Origin: Eledone cirrhosa
Lineage: Eukaryota
Assembly (NCBI GenBank): GCA_964016885.1
Contig: OZ024741.1
Location: 117,552,001-117,616,000, forward strand
DNA: 64,000 nt
Reading direction: 5' to 3'
A program made the translations under genes and the position numbers. This document shows positions 60,362 through 64,000 of the stretch, in pieces (the first letter of the stretch is position 1; every line of letters starts with the position of its first letter). The notes under the pieces are model-generated. The model was not told the DNA's origin. It did no database searches and saw only the letters and a list, made by a program, of their open reading frames with translations.

Positions 60362-62577
60362 CATAACTAACATAATCATTATGAAGGCAGTGAATTGGAT
60401 GAAATACTACTTTACAGTATTCATTCCAACTCCTTCAGCTTTGGGTTCAAATCATACTGAAGTTAATTTCGTTCTTCATCCTTCTGTTGCAAGCATTTAG
60501 TCCACATTTGTAATTTGAGAATATTTTTTTTCTTCTTTGTCACTCCTCTAAGATACCCTAAAAGGGGTTATATGTACTTCTTTCCCTCCTGACTAAGTGA
60601 TAAAATAAAAATAAATTGTTAAGTTGGTGTTTGAAACATAACTTCACAAAAGTCCCTTGCATTAAATTTTGACGGATGGCTATATTTTGAAATATGAACA
60701 CTATAAATTAGAGACGTTTGTATGTAAAAACCTGGGTTGGTATGAAAAGAGTTAAGAGAAGTACATCGACTTTGCCACTATGGTAACAAAACAGACTAAC
60801 TAATGTGTGGGTGATAACGATTTCGATGAGTTAAGTGCTTGCTAACATACATAGCAAAATTATAACTTCCTTTTTTTTTTTTTAAAGCCAGTGAACTACT
60901 ACATATTCATAGTTGATGAATAACTGACATTTTAACACTATATCCTCACTTGTTAACATGCATAAAAAACTTGATTTAATAAAATTTACTTTTTCCACAT
61001 ACATTGATTTAATCATGGGCACAATTGGATATCCAGTTTAGAATTAGTACACCATATCCCTGTGTATAATGAGACAACTAAAAGGGCTGGTGCCAAGGAC
61101 GGTATTGCACCATAGAATATTGCCTCAAAAATGACCCATAATGTGAAACTTGTCATGTGGCTCACAAGGCTAACCCCTGTTTTAGCGAGGAAATGGTATT
61201 ATAATGCTTGTTTGTGTATTGTATCATGGGTTCAAGGTCAAACATTGGGAGGCTCGTATAATTGATTAAATCAACCACAAGATTTTATTGACTTCCAAGT
61301 ACATGAAACACAAAGTCAACTATGGTCAGGATTTGAACTCAGAATGTAAAAGGCTGTAATGAAATACTGCAAGACATTTTGTCCACTGTTGTACTGCCTC
61401 TGAAATTTCACTTACGAAGCACTGGTTAGCCCATGGCTATATTAGATGATACTTGTACAAGCTGCAACACAGTAGGACAGAACCTAAAAACATGGTAGCA
61501 AAGCATATTTCATAACCACACAGTTGTCTGCACTTATATCGTGTATACTTATATAGTACTCCTTTAGTGTTTAAACCGGCTGCATCCAGCCAGAATTTTC
61601 TCACCTCTTTCTGTTCAAACCGGCTGTAATTGGCCACTCATGCCTACAATAAGGTGTTGTCCTCAAAATAGATAATATCAACTGTCCAGCCATTCTCTCC
61701 TAAGACATTGTAACCGTGAAATAAAGCCTTTACCATGAAAATATAAATGTATATATAATGTAAATGCTAAAGGGTTAAGGCAATGAATTAAGTTATTAGG
61801 GTGTCAGATTAAAAATGCCTTAATTTTTGTTCTGGTTCACTATGTTCCGAGTTTAAATCCTTTCAAGTTCAACATTGCCTTCCAGCATCTTAAGGTTGAT
61901 AAATAAAGTCCCTTCTAGCACTGGTGTTAATTCTTCCTAGATCTGTTTATTTGTATGTGTCTGTTTTTGGAAGAAATCTATTATGTTCCAGCTTGGAGAA
62001 GGATAGCTCAACCAGGCTTTTATAATGCCCAAAACACGTGTCAGGATGGTGCATCTTTGATGTTATCAGGAATTAAGTCCGCCCCCTTTATGTTACAGTT
62101 TATGATCTTATAGATCGATCAAAGAATCAGTTGTTTATTTATAAAAGGAAATAATAGACTATAATATGAAATTAAAAACATTTCAAGACATGACAACTTA
62201 AGAAAAGATCTAAATTGTAGGACTTTTAGCAGTCACATTCCCTCTTCCTTTTTGCCAGCAACTCTAAGCAAAACTATTAATAATAATTGCATTGTAATTT
62301 AATCATTCATATAACAAGATCATATACCTGTATAAGCTTGTTGCACCTGCAATTAAATCATTTTACAAATATTCAACAGCAGTCAATCTGAAACTTACCT
62401 TGGTTGAAAGCTGTCTGTTACAATTACTCATAAGCTGACACTAAAATGTTTTATCATACATTATATATATAATATAATGTATATATATATATATATCATC
62501 ATTTATTTTCATTTTCTGTGCTAGCATGGGTTAGATGGGTTGTCCCATTAGAGACAGGTTGGGTCAGGTGACCTTGT

Positions 62578-62620
<43 letters not shown>

Positions 62621-62621
<1 letters not shown>

Positions 62622-63150
62622 GTGGTTAGAGCATTGGCCTTGCAATCAAAAGGTTGTGAGTTCAATTTTCAGACCGGATGATGTGTTGTTTCCTTGAGCA
62701 AGACACTTTATTTCACATTGCTCCAGTTTACTCAGCTGTAGGAATGAGATGATAGGGACTGGGGTCCATATCATTCCACTGCAAAGTGGTCGTGGAGGTG
62801 CCATGGCAAAAAAAAGCACCCAGCACTCACTGTAAATGAGGTTGGTGTTAGGAAGGGCATCCAGCTGTAGAAACCAAGCCAGAATCAGTTCCCCGTCCCA
62901 CCCTTGCAAGCAGGGAAAAAGCGGACGTAAAATGAAATGATGATGAATGATGATATATATATATATGTGTGTGTGTGTGTGTATGTGTATATATATATAT
63001 ATGGCGTTAGGAAAGGCATCCAGCTGTAGAAAACCAGCCAGAAACTCTCCTATGTGAACAAGACACTGTCGCCCGACCCAACTTGCCTCTAAATAGCACA
63101 AACCCATCTAACCCATGCTAGCGTGGAAGATAGACGTTAATCGATGATGA
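62621..63150 (+). mobile_element. SINE family A copy plus a second RTE-type tail fragment
   Basis: Homologous to 46020-46337. Confidence 0.82.
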
Positions 63151-64000
63151 TAATATATACTGATAGTCCTTAGCAAAATATCTATAACAGAGATTTAAAT
63201 ATACCTGAATCAACTGAATATGGCCTCCGATCTTTTAATAATAATATATACAGTGAAATTCATGGGGTAATGAAAAATACTTTATAACAAGATCGACCTA
63301 ACACATCCTGGAAAGATAAAAGGCAAACTCAGAAAGTAAAAATGGCATAACAAAATACTGCAAGGCATTTTGTCCAATGCTCTATCAATTCTGCGAATCC
63401 ACCATTCTTTAATATTTGTGTACACAATAAATCTCTGTTATTCAGTTGCAAAGGTTGGAAACCTTGGTATTTTGTAAGAAACAGACTTCACAAAAATTTG
63501 TCAATCCCAGTGCTTCTGACGGTGTTTTCCCCAACCGTACCAGAAACTTCAAGTTTGTTCATTAATCTGTGCTCATTGCTTGATGACCTGAAATAGAGGA
63601 TATGTATATAAAATTATGAAGAAAAAAGTTTGATCACTGCAGAGAGCTAAGATTACAGTTACATACTCCAGGGGGATTACTTTGAAGGAGAAAACTCTTA
63701 GTGTTTGGGTTTGAAATAAATCTTTTGTGACATCAGTCCTGGAACTTTTCTGACACACCTCGTATATATAATTGTGTATACCCTTTACTAATTTTTTCCT
63801 TGAAAAATATGAAAATAAAAATTCTTTGTAAACCAAAATTTATCAAAAGTTCATTTACTGTGCAGTAAGCAATTTTTATTTAGAATTTATAAATGACAAT
63901 TAAATCATAACATGTCAAACAATATGAAGCCACATTAGCGAGACATTCTTGAAAAGCCCTAAACAGCATTGTGACTACTATATTAAAAATTAAACTTTTT

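Overview
AT-rich, microsatellite-dense animal DNA. The SINE/RTE repertoire and huge (TA)n arrays suggest an octopod cephalopod (inference). The only host gene seen is the first coding exon of a FHOD-type formin (37359-37538, +); the rest of the window appears to be its intron. Everything else is mobile DNA: two 5'-truncated RTE LINEs plus fragments, three tRNA-derived SINE families, two Penelope-like elements (PLE; RT + GIY-YIG) and a third PLE 3' end, a CRE-like RLE retrotransposon fragment, a complete DD37D (maT-type) Tc1/mariner, three non-autonomous Helitrons, and hAT, piggyBac and Tc1 MITEs. The most interesting signal is non-coding. At least seven loci carry hammerhead-ribozyme (HHR) motifs, in PLE 3' ends and in short elements embedded in (TA)n. 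Several share a [unique segment]-[inverted arm]-[arm]-(TA)n fold-back layout. A three-copy ~190-bp hairpin element has co-varying arms and looks like a hammerhead converted into a perfect palindrome. All calls are by eye; no alignment, folding or database search was run, and repeat boundaries are approximate.
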